Assembly (NCBI GenBank): GCA_018658465.1
Contig: JABHVE010000056.1
Location: 1 to 60,908 of the forward strand
Reading direction: 5' to 3'
Length of the DNA stretch: 60,908 nt
Source of the DNA: Alphaproteobacteria bacterium
GTDB taxonomy: Bacteria; Pseudomonadota; Alphaproteobacteria; UBA2966; CAIVPW01
Of this stretch, positions 28,815 to 37,146 are shown piece after piece. Made by a program: the position numbers and the translations under genes. Position 1 is the first letter of the stretch. Every line of letters starts with the position of its first letter. Below the pieces are notes generated by a model that saw only the letters and a list, made by a program, of their open reading frames with translations, did not search any database and was not told where the DNA came from.

Positions 28815-29843
28815 ATGCACGGGAACAGCGAAGCACCTGTCAAAAACCCACCGATGATCGACCCGTTCGGTCGTCCGGTTTCGTACCTGCGCGTGTCGGT
28901 CACCGACCGCTGCGATTTCCGTTGCGAGTACTGCATGTCGGAAGACATGAAATTCCTGCCCAAGTCTGAAGTGCTGACCCTGGAAGAGCTGTACCGGGTG
29001 TGTACCGCCTTCGCCCGCAAGGGTGTCCGTAAAATCAGACTGACCGGGGGCGAGCCCTTGGTACGCCGGGACATCATGACTTTGATCAGGCGCCTTGGGG
29101 CCCACGTGAAATCGGGGGAATTGGATGAACTGACCCTGACCACCAATGGCAGCCAGCTCACCCGCTTTGCCGAAGAACTGGTGGATGCAGGGATCAAAAG
29201 AATAAACGTTTCTGTCGATTCCCTTGATGTGGACAAGTTCCGCAAAATCACCCGCCGCGGTGACCTGAACAAAGTGCTGGAGGGGATCGAGGCGGCGTCA
29301 AAGGCCGGCCTGGCCATCAAGATCAACGCCGTGGCGATGAAAGGCCTGAACGACAGCGAATTCGACGACATGATCCGTTGGTGCGGCGAACACGGCCACG
29401 ATATGACTTTGATCGAGACCATGCCCATGGGCGAGGTCGATCACGATCGCACCGATCACTATTTGCCGTTGGTTCAGGTCCGCGCCGATTTGGACAAACG
29501 CTGGACCCTGAAAGATCTGGATTTCAATTCCGGAGGCCCTGCGCGGTATGTGCGGGTTGAGGAAACCGGGCAAAAGCTTGGCTTTATCACTCCGCTTTCC
29601 CACAATTTCTGTGAGTCTTGCAATAGGGTGCGCCTGACCTGTACCGGCATTTTGTATATGTGCCTGGGACAAAACGACAAAGCCGATTTGCGTTTCCCTC
29701 TGCGGGTCACCGACGACGAATCCTTGCTCGACGCGGCCATCGACGAGGCCATCGGCCGCAAGCCCAAAGGCCATGATTTCGTCATCGACCGGGACAACAA
29801 CGGCCCTGCCGTCGAACGCCATATGAGCGTAACCGGCGGCTAA
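28815..29843 (+). CDS. moaA: GTP 3',8-cyclase MoaA (radical SAM)
   Basis: [27 protein letters not shown] (CxxxCxxC) and the C-terminal cluster CxxCNRxRLT. The start is uncertain (ATG 28785 or 28815). The ORF-track extension back to 28125 runs antisense through chpT and I reject it. Confidence 0.9.
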   Translation: MHGNSEAPVKNPPMIDPFGRPVSYLRVSVTDRCDFRCEYCMSEDMKFLPKSEVLTLEELYRVCTAFARKGVRKIRLTGGEPLVRRDIMTLIRRLGAHVKSGELDELTLTTNGSQLTRFAEELVDAGIKRINVSVDSLDVDKFRKITRRGDLNKVLEGIEAASKAGLAIKINAVAMKGLNDSEFDDMIRWCGEHGHDMTLIETMPMGEVDHDRTDHYLPLVQVRADLDKRWTLKDLDFNSGGPARYVRVEETGQKLGFITPLSHNFCESCNRVRLTCTGILYMCLGQNDKADLRFPLRVTDDESLLDAAIDEAIGRKPKGHDFVIDRDNNGPAVERHMSVTGG

Positions 29844-29862
29844 AGTCCCGCCCTTGGGCGTC

Positions 29863-30633
29863 TTACCCCCAAGGCCCCTCTTCCCAAGATTTTGATTTCG
29901 ACGACCTTCTGCCTCGCCGGCTAAGCGCTTTGCCGCGATCTTTTCCACGATCAAACAGCGGCACATCCCGGCGTTTCAGCACCAGCACCAACACCAGCCC
30001 GGCCAGGAACCCACCAATATGGGCCCAATATGCGACGCCGCCGCCCTCGTCGCCACTGGATGACGCCGTGGCGATGAATTGGAAGATGAACCATACCCCC
30101 AAGACAACGAAAGCTGGGATGCGCAGGGGGATCAGAAACCCAAAGGGAATGACAACCAATATCCGGGCGTGGGGGTGCAACAGGATATAGGCCCCCAATA
30201 CACCGCCGATGGCGCCGCTGGCCCCGATCATGGGGACGGTCGATGAGGGATCCTGGGCCGCCTGGGCCAGGGCTGCCGCTGCCCCACAGCCAAGGTAGAA
30301 GAGCGCGAACCGCACATGGCCCATGGCGTCTTCCACGTTGTTCCCAAATATCCACAGGTACAGCATGTTGCCGCCCAAGTGCATCCAGCTGCCGTGCAGA
30401 AACATGGAGGTGACAATGGAGAGTTCGGCGGAAACCAAAACGATTTCCGGGGGCAGGGAATTTTCGCCCAACAGCACCGATGGGATGAACCCCAATCGAT
30501 AGGCCATAAGGTTGAAGGCGTCGGTGGACGGCAGAGAAACCTGCCACAGAAAAACCGCGACGCAGGTGGCGATGATCCCAATGGTCACCCAGGGCGTTAT
30601 TTCCGTTGGATTGTCATCGTGGAGAGGGATCAT
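29863..30633 (-). CDS. Rhomboid-family intramembrane serine protease
   Basis: FLHGSWMHLGGNMLYLW plus the catalytic GASGAIGGVLGAY. Six or seven TM helices. Confidence 0.85.
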   Translation of the reverse strand: MIPLHDDNPTEITPWVTIGIIATCVAVFLWQVSLPSTDAFNLMAYRLGFIPSVLLGENSLPPEIVLVSAELSIVTSMFLHGSWMHLGGNMLYLWIFGNNVEDAMGHVRFALFYLGCGAAAALAQAAQDPSSTVPMIGASGAIGGVLGAYILLHPHARILVVIPFGFLIPLRIPAFVVLGVWFIFQFIATASSSGDEGGGVAYWAHIGGFLAGLVLVLVLKRRDVPLFDRGKDRGKALSRRGRRSSKSKSWEEGPWG

Positions 30634-30744
30634 TACCTTGGCGTCGGTTTTTTCGGAATTGGTCAGATTGCCAGAATGGTATACTGAAAATCATAATCGC
30701 GGACGGCCAATACAAGTGAACCCAAGGCAAATGAAGCCAGTGAC

Positions 30745-31515
30745 GTGAAAAAGACTCCCAAAATTTCCTTTGTTGCTGCCGACACCCCCCAGGCGCAGGA
30801 AGCCCGCAAGCAGTTGGTTCAGGCCATGGGCCATGTGGCACTGGCCAAAGCCGATGTGGTGGTTGCCTTGGGCGGCGACGGTCTGATGCTGCACAGCTTG
30901 CACCGCATCATGGGGCGGCGGGTGCCGATCTTCGGCATGAACGTGGGAACCGTCGGTTTCCTAATGAACGAATTTCGCACAGGCGACCTAAAACAAAGGC
31001 TTCAGGCGGCCGAGGAAGTGATCCTGCACCCCTTGCGCATGACGGCTCGCACCAAGGGTGGCGGGCGGACCACTGCCTTGGCCGTGAACGAAGTGTCTCT
31101 GTTCCGCATGACCAGCCAGATCGCCAAGCTGCGAATTTCCGTGGACGGTGTGGTGCGCCTGGACGAGCTGTTGTGCGATGGAATATTGGTATCAACCGCT
31201 GCCGGCAGCACGGCGTACAATTTGTCCGCCCACGGCCCCATTCTGCCCATGGGGTCCAACCTGTTGGCATTGACCCCCATCAATCCGTTCCGGCCCAGAC
31301 GGTGGCATGGTGCGATTTTACCCCACGACGCCGACTTTCGCATCGAGGTTTTGGAAAGCGACAAGCGCCCAGTTAGCGTCACCGCCGACAACAAGGAAGT
31401 ACGCGATATTACCCAGGTGCGGGTGGCCGAAGCGTCAGGTAAAGAGGTGGGATTGCTGTTCGATCCTGAACATAATTTGGAGGAGCGGGTTTTGCGGGAA
31501 CAGTTTTTGGCTTGA
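30745..31515 (+). CDS. nadK: NAD kinase
   Basis: GGDGLMLH motif, [25 protein letters not shown] start. Confidence 0.9.
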   Translation: MKKTPKISFVAADTPQAQEARKQLVQAMGHVALAKADVVVALGGDGLMLHSLHRIMGRRVPIFGMNVGTVGFLMNEFRTGDLKQRLQAAEEVILHPLRMTARTKGGGRTTALAVNEVSLFRMTSQIAKLRISVDGVVRLDELLCDGILVSTAAGSTAYNLSAHGPILPMGSNLLALTPINPFRPRRWHGAILPHDADFRIEVLESDKRPVSVTADNKEVRDITQVRVAEASGKEVGLLFDPEHNLEERVLREQFLA

Positions 31516-31568
31516 GAATTAGCCAATCGCGATTAAGTTTATAGTAGTGAGACAACAGGAGGCGAGCG

Positions 31569-31916
31569 ATGCAGGTACCGGTTCAGATTACGTTTCGCGA
31601 CATCCCATCTTCAGAGGCCATCGAGGCCCGCATTCATGAAGAAGCGGAAAAACTGGAAAAGATTCACGACAACATCACATCGTGCCGAGTCGTCATCGAA
31701 TCTCCCCATCACAGCCACAAAAAAGGGAACCTGTATCACACCGCGATCTATTTAAGCGTGCCCGGCGGTGACATCGAAGTCACCAAGGATAATCGCAAGG
31801 ACCGCACCCACGAGGACGCGTATATTTCGATCCGTGATTCCTTTCGCGAGGCGGCGCGCCAATTGACAAGCCATTTGGACAAACGCCGCAACCAGGTGAA
31901 AACCCACACATCATAA
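31569..31916 (+). CDS. hpf: HPF/RaiA-family ribosome-associated (hibernation) factor, short form
   Basis: MQVPVQITFRDIPSSEAIEARIHEEAEKLEKIHDNITSCRVVIE fits the S30AE/RaiA fold pattern. RBS AGGAGG. Confidence 0.75.
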   Translation: MQVPVQITFRDIPSSEAIEARIHEEAEKLEKIHDNITSCRVVIESPHHSHKKGNLYHTAIYLSVPGGDIEVTKDNRKDRTHEDAYISIRDSFREAARQLTSHLDKRRNQVKTHTS

Positions 31917-31923
31917 AGGTGCC

Positions 31924-32403
31924 ATGACCAACGCCGCAGGACACACCATGCGATGGAAACCAGCGAATGCGCTGGCAATGTTGGCTGTCGCACTTCTGGT
32001 TGCCGGATGTGGCGTGGACCCAGGGTCCAACAACGCCAGCCAGGCGGTCGCCAGCACCGACGAATGGCGGGACAATTACGGTGGCCCGGGTACCGAAGGC
32101 TGGGCCACCGCCACCAATCAGGTCGAATGGGTCACTTTGTGGGCGTCATTGGGGGTCGAGCCGCCGGCCGTTTTGGGGGACGGTCTTGTGGGCATCGGCG
32201 TGTTCTTAGGGCTTCGCAATACCGGTGGGTTTGGCATCACGATCGACTCCCAGCAAGACGAAGACGGCACGTACGTGGTTCGCTACAGCGAGGTAGAGCC
32301 GGGCCCCGGGGCCATTGTCACCATGGCGTTGACAGCGCCGTATGTGATTTGGACCATCGCCGATCCCGGCTTGGCCATCATCGTGGAAAAAACGACCCCC
32401 TGA
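31924..32403 (+). CDS. Lipoprotein, PrcB_C-like (tentative family call)
   Basis: Lipobox LLVAGC. TGGFGITIDS...VVRYSEVEPGPGAIVTMALTAPYVIWTI resembles the PrcB C-terminal domain pattern. Confidence 0.6.
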   Translation: MTNAAGHTMRWKPANALAMLAVALLVAGCGVDPGSNNASQAVASTDEWRDNYGGPGTEGWATATNQVEWVTLWASLGVEPPAVLGDGLVGIGVFLGLRNTGGFGITIDSQQDEDGTYVVRYSEVEPGPGAIVTMALTAPYVIWTIADPGLAIIVEKTTP

Positions 32404-32446
32404 TTGCATGGAGCCAGGTGCTGTGGATTTGGCGTAGACTGCGCCC

Positions 32447-33214
32447 ATGGCAGCACCCGTCACCAAAGAGCTGAGTTTCCCCGGAGCCCAAGGGGCGATC
32501 TTGGCGGCCAAATTGGATTTGCCCGAAGGCGAGCCCTGCGCCTACGCAATTTTCGCCCACTGCTTTACCTGCTCGAAAGAATTCCTGGCGGCGTCGCGGA
32601 TCAGCGAGGCCCTGGCGGATTTGGGCATCGGCGTTTTGCGGTTTGATTTCACCGGCCTGGGGGCATCGGAAGGCGAATTCGAGGGCACCAATTTTTCATC
32701 CAACGTGGGCGACCTGATTGCTGCCGCAGACCATTTGCGTGACAACTTCGAAGCGCCAAAAATTTTGGTGGGCCATTCATTGGGCGGTGCCGCGGTGTTG
32801 GCCGCCGCCCCACAGGTTCCGGAAACAGTGGCCGTCGCCACCATCGGCGCACCAGCAGATCCCCACCACGTGAGCCATTTGTTCGAGCCATCGCTGGGAG
32901 ACATCAAGGAAGACGGGGCCGCCAACGTTTCAATTGGTGGCCGGGATTTCACCATCCAGCAGCAATTCGTCGACGACATCGCCAACCACGATTTGACCAC
33001 AGCCATCGGCACGTCGCGCAAGGCTTTGTTGCTGTTCCACAGCCCCATGGACCAAACGGTGAGCATCGATAATGCCGCGCAAATTTATGGGGCAGCCAAA
33101 CATCCAAAAAGCTTCGTGTCCTTGGACAAAGCCGATCATCTGCTTACGAAAAAAGATGATGCGATCTATGTGGCTAAGGTTTTGAACGCCTGGGCCAGCC
33201 GCTACGTGGATTGA
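32447..33214 (+). CDS. Alpha/beta-fold hydrolase
   Basis: Nucleophile elbow GHSLGG, about 255 aa, dienelactone-hydrolase-like layout. Confidence 0.8.
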   Translation: MAAPVTKELSFPGAQGAILAAKLDLPEGEPCAYAIFAHCFTCSKEFLAASRISEALADLGIGVLRFDFTGLGASEGEFEGTNFSSNVGDLIAAADHLRDNFEAPKILVGHSLGGAAVLAAAPQVPETVAVATIGAPADPHHVSHLFEPSLGDIKEDGAANVSIGGRDFTIQQQFVDDIANHDLTTAIGTSRKALLLFHSPMDQTVSIDNAAQIYGAAKHPKSFVSLDKADHLLTKKDDAIYVAKVLNAWASRYVD

Positions 33215-33353
33215 GCTACACCAAAAGCGCCCTCCTCGTACAAGGCTGCCAATTGCCCGGACTTGGTGAGCTGTACGAACAATCCATCGGGCAATGTGGC
33301 AATGGACATAAAATTAGAATTCCCGCCGCTGCCCCAGGCAACAGGTGCAGCCA

Positions 33354-33800
33354 CTAATTCGCGAGCAGAGTCTCTAAATGGCCCGGCAGGTCATGAACGC
33401 TAATGTTCGTCAGATCTTTATCGATTTCACCCGCTATGAGGCCGCTTGCCTCCTTTGGCAACATGGCGCGCAGGTCGCCAAGAGTGCGCGGCGCGGCAAC
33501 CAAGAACAACCGTTCGAACGCGCCCTGTTTTCGATTCTCGCCAACAAAAAGGGCTATTTCGCGGGCTAGATTTTTCTCTGCTGTGCGGTTGGCGTCGGTG
33601 GAGGGTTCCATCCCGTGGCGGCCTTGGCCGGCGCTATCAAAGGACCGACCGGGCTTGTCAGCGTCGATATCGCGGCTCGCCAAGCCGGGCTGGGAAAATT
33701 CCTGAACCGTCGTGAGAGGCGCGCCAGGGCCGACACTGGCCGAAATACGGCATCGCCGCCCGTCCGCTACTACTATCCAACTGATGTGCTCTTGTTTCAT
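33354..33800 (-). CDS. Host-attachment-protein family protein
   Basis: WIVVADGRRCRI...SRDIDADKPGRSFDSAGQGRHGMEP...LFLVAAPRTLGDLR...EIDKDLTN matches the conserved pattern of that family. Start at MKQEH (ATG 33800). Confidence 0.7.
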   Translation of the reverse strand: MKQEHISWIVVADGRRCRISASVGPGAPLTTVQEFSQPGLASRDIDADKPGRSFDSAGQGRHGMEPSTDANRTAEKNLAREIALFVGENRKQGAFERLFLVAAPRTLGDLRAMLPKEASGLIAGEIDKDLTNISVHDLPGHLETLLAN

Positions 33801-33908
33801 TGCGTTCCCATTTGTTTGCGGCGCCCCGACCGCCCCATCTAAAAACCGATCCCAGCATAGGTACCATACACCGTACAACCGCCTAGGCCGACCCGCGATA
33901 CGCATTCG

Positions 33909-35357
33909 CTAACGATCATTCTCCCGATTATTGCGGCGATTTTCCTCGTCCACATCGGAATCCACAGGCGCATCCTCATCGACCACGGGGGCGTTCCCGC
34001 GATCGGGACGATTGTTCTCACGATCCGGGCGCTCATTGTCCGCCGGGTTGTTCTCGCGATCCGGTCTTTCGTTTTCGCCTGGAGCGTTTCCCCGGGCGGG
34101 ACGTTCTTCGGCTCCGGCATTGTTTTCCCTCGCGGGCCGCTCGTCCGCTCCGGCATTGTTTCCCCGAGCGGGCCGTTCATTCACGGCTGGAGCTTCTTCT
34201 CCGCCAGGGCGGCCACCGGCATTTGGGTTGGGTTCCCGTTCCGGTCTTTCTTCACCGCCAAAATTCCGTACTCGGTCCGGTGGCTCTTCACCGCCAACAT
34301 CACGAACCGGTCTTTCTTCACCGCCAAAATTCCGCCCGCGATCTGGCCGCTCTTCGCCACCGAAATTGGGTTCTCGGTCGGGCCGATCTTCACCACCAAA
34401 ATTGACTTGTCGATCCGGTCTCTCGTCCGCCCCACCCAATTCCGCCCGGCGGCCAATCCCGATGCGGTCCGGTGGGTCCCCACGATTAACCCGGTCCGGC
34501 CGATCTTCCCGAATGACCACTGCGCGTACGCCGCGGTCCCTGGCGTCCTCGCGCACCGCCTCGCCCCGCACCAAAATTCGCCGTTCGCTATTTTCGCGAT
34601 CGGCTGGGGATCGCTGGGCGCGTTCGCGTTCAACCTCATCAAGGACCCGAAGCCCGCGATCTTCGCTGCGCCGGGCTTCCCCGCGCACCACGTCTTCACC
34701 GCCGCGTTGCAACGCCACCCGTTCCCCGGCCCTGGCCACGGCCCGGCGTCCACCGGGGACGGCGGCGGGGTCATCCTCGATGGGGTCGACCTCCACCTCT
34801 CCCTCAAACACCGAAACCGTTGTGATGCCAAGATCATCCACCGCGACTTCGAAGTCCGTGCCACGAATGCCGATGGTCGCCACGGGCGTGGTGACAAGGA
34901 AATTTCCCGCCGGAATGGCCCCGGACACAATTCGAAACACCCCTTCCAAAAGACTGACCGCCAAATTCCCATCGCCGGTGACGGGGTCATAGACAAGTTC
35001 GTCCAGAACCATGCGGGCGTCTTCCCCAAGCTGGAAAATTGTGCCGTCGATGAACTCAATTTGCAGGGCACCGGCCACCAACGTGGTTACCACTTCGTTT
35101 CGAAACACTGAGTCATCGATGGTTAACGCATAGGGTGGCTTATTTTGGCCAACCCCAAAGGCAGAAATCCCCGTCTCCACCGCCCCGATGGAAACCGTGG
35201 TGGGAGCCAAAAACACCGACTGGACCGGGGGGCTAACCTGGGCGTGGGCCGGGGTCGCGCCGACGAAAAACACCGCAGCGACAATCAGGGCAATCGGAAA
35301 CGCGGTCGGGCACAGATTTTGCACCACCGGAAGGGGATGAACGTTTGTCATGGGCAA
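33909..35357 (-). CDS. Secreted FecR-domain protein with a long repetitive Arg/Asp/Glu/Pro/Gly-rich C-terminal tail
   Basis: Signal peptide ending ATPAHAQ. FecR-type core (IEFIDGTIFQLGEDARMVLDELVYD...TPVATIGIRGTDFEV). Tail of NFGGE(E/D)RPDR and ERPAR(G/E)NNAGA repeats. Confidence 0.8.
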   Translation of the reverse strand: MPMTNVHPLPVVQNLCPTAFPIALIVAAVFFVGATPAHAQVSPPVQSVFLAPTTVSIGAVETGISAFGVGQNKPPYALTIDDSVFRNEVVTTLVAGALQIEFIDGTIFQLGEDARMVLDELVYDPVTGDGNLAVSLLEGVFRIVSGAIPAGNFLVTTPVATIGIRGTDFEVAVDDLGITTVSVFEGEVEVDPIEDDPAAVPGGRRAVARAGERVALQRGGEDVVRGEARRSEDRGLRVLDEVERERAQRSPADRENSERRILVRGEAVREDARDRGVRAVVIREDRPDRVNRGDPPDRIGIGRRAELGGADERPDRQVNFGGEDRPDREPNFGGEERPDRGRNFGGEERPVRDVGGEEPPDRVRNFGGEERPEREPNPNAGGRPGGEEAPAVNERPARGNNAGADERPARENNAGAEERPARGNAPGENERPDRENNPADNERPDRENNRPDRGNAPVVDEDAPVDSDVDEENRRNNRENDR

Positions 35358-35475
35358 ATACTAAAGTACGCCACCGATGCGGTCCCCCCGTTGGGTTCCC
35401 GGGGCTTTTGGGCCAATGGCCATGATTGACCGCTGGTGGACCCACCCATAGGCTTAGTGAAAGGGCCAGAACACC

Positions 35476-37134
35476 ATGGAAGACACGACGGGTATGAGGA
35501 CTGAGCCTGGCGAAGAAAGCAAGGCGATCGCCAATTTGCGGTACGAACGCGACCGATTCGTGGCCTTTGCCTTCGCCTCGGCCGATGCGTTCCTGGAAAT
35601 TGATGGCGATCTGAAAATCCTGTACGCCACCGGGGCGGTGCAGCGCCTGTTGGGCCAAGCCCCTGAAAAGCTGACCGGCCAACGTCTGTTGAATTTGATT
35701 GACGAAGACTCAACACCGCTGGTCAACGCCGCACTGGAAATCGCCCAAAACCAAGGGCGGTTTGGGCCCATCAGTTTGAATATCACCGCACCAAAATCAG
35801 TGCGGGTGATTGCGTTTGGAACCTATTTGCCGGTTGAGGGCGGCCGCACGTTTGTGGCTTTGAGCGCTCACCGTATGGCGGAACCCGATGCCCCACCTGC
35901 CCAAAAAGACTTGGATCGGGAAACCGGTCTGCTAGCAAAAGATGCCTTCCAGGCGTTGGCCCAACGGGCGTTGACGAAGACCAACGACGCCGACCGCGCG
36001 TACAAAATGACCATGCTAGATCTGGAGGTGGTCGAGGAAATTCGATCACGCCTGGATGATTCTGCCGCCGACGATCTAATCAGCGAAATTGCCGCGCGGA
36101 TGCAGGCCAGCTCGATCAACGGCATGTCTGCCGGACGGATCGGCGCCGGCCATTATGGATTTGTCCACGATGCCGACACGGATGTCGGGGCACTGAAGGA
36201 CGCCATTTCGAAAAAGGCCGCTGCCGCCGATCCATCCGTCGGGGATATCGTATTACCCACCGCGACAGTGGAGCTGGATGGCAAGGAATTGTCAGAAGCG
36301 GACTCGGCAAAAGCGATGCTGTTCGCGATCAACAAATTTTCCCAAACCCACGGGGACTTCACTATTTCCGATCTGACGGACGGATACCAATCGATGTTGG
36401 AAGACACCCGCGAGCGGATTGTGGCGTTCAAAAAAACCATCGCCCAGGGTGATTTTCAAGCAGTGTTTCAGCCCATTGTCGATATTCGCACCCGCGCCCT
36501 GCACCACCACGAAGCACTGGTGCGATTCCCGGAAACCGGGGCCGATGGATCGCCGTACGAAATGATTACATTTGCCGAGGAAGCCGGAGTGATCGGCGAT
36601 TTTGACATCGCCATGGTGAAAAAGGTTATCGCCACGATCAACGCCGGGAAAAAAGTCGGCAAGCAGGTCCATGCCGCCGTAAATCTGTCGGGGAAATCCT
36701 TGGAAAGCCCGCTATTCATCCAAACGCTGCTGAACATTTTGAAAGACTGCCGCCCGATCCGCAATCACCTGATGTTCGAAGTGACCGAGTCATCGCGGAT
36801 TGATGATCTGGAGGCAGCCAACAAGGTGTTGCAGGAACTGCACAAACTTGGCCACCACGTGTGCCTGGATGATTTTGGTGCGGGGGCTGCGGCGTTCCAA
36901 TATCTGCGCGCGCTGGAAGTGGATTTTGTGAAAATTGATGGGATCTATGTGCGCGAAGCCTTCACCACGCCGAACGGGAAAATCTTTCTGACCTCCATGG
37001 CATCCCTGTGCAAAGAGCTGAAAATCCAGACCGTCGGCGAATTTGTCGAGACGGAAGAAGTCGCCCGGTTTTTATCCCAGGTCGGCGTCACCTATGGTCA
37101 GGGATATTTGTTCGGTCGGCCCGGCGGCCTTTAG
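35476..37134 (+). CDS. EAL-domain protein (c-di-GMP phosphodiesterase type) with N-terminal PAS-like and degenerate GGDEF-like regions
   Basis: EALVRF, NLSGKSL, EVTES, and DDFGAGAAAFQYLRALEVDFVKIDG. No intact GG(D/E)EF motif seen. Confidence 0.85.
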   Translation: MEDTTGMRTEPGEESKAIANLRYERDRFVAFAFASADAFLEIDGDLKILYATGAVQRLLGQAPEKLTGQRLLNLIDEDSTPLVNAALEIAQNQGRFGPISLNITAPKSVRVIAFGTYLPVEGGRTFVALSAHRMAEPDAPPAQKDLDRETGLLAKDAFQALAQRALTKTNDADRAYKMTMLDLEVVEEIRSRLDDSAADDLISEIAARMQASSINGMSAGRIGAGHYGFVHDADTDVGALKDAISKKAAAADPSVGDIVLPTATVELDGKELSEADSAKAMLFAINKFSQTHGDFTISDLTDGYQSMLEDTRERIVAFKKTIAQGDFQAVFQPIVDIRTRALHHHEALVRFPETGADGSPYEMITFAEEAGVIGDFDIAMVKKVIATINAGKKVGKQVHAAVNLSGKSLESPLFIQTLLNILKDCRPIRNHLMFEVTESSRIDDLEAANKVLQELHKLGHHVCLDDFGAGAAAFQYLRALEVDFVKIDGIYVREAFTTPNGKIFLTSMASLCKELKIQTVGEFVETEEVARFLSQVGVTYGQGYLFGRPGGL

Positions 37135-37146
37135 CCAACCTTGTGC

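Noticed and set aside
33931-34992. 353-aa plus-strand ORF (Ser/Arg/Pro-rich), and the 296-aa minus-strand ORF at 34181-35071
   Set aside because: Both overlap the FecR-domain gene in other frames. They have low-complexity composition and no start context. They are artefacts of the GC-rich repetitive coding sequence.
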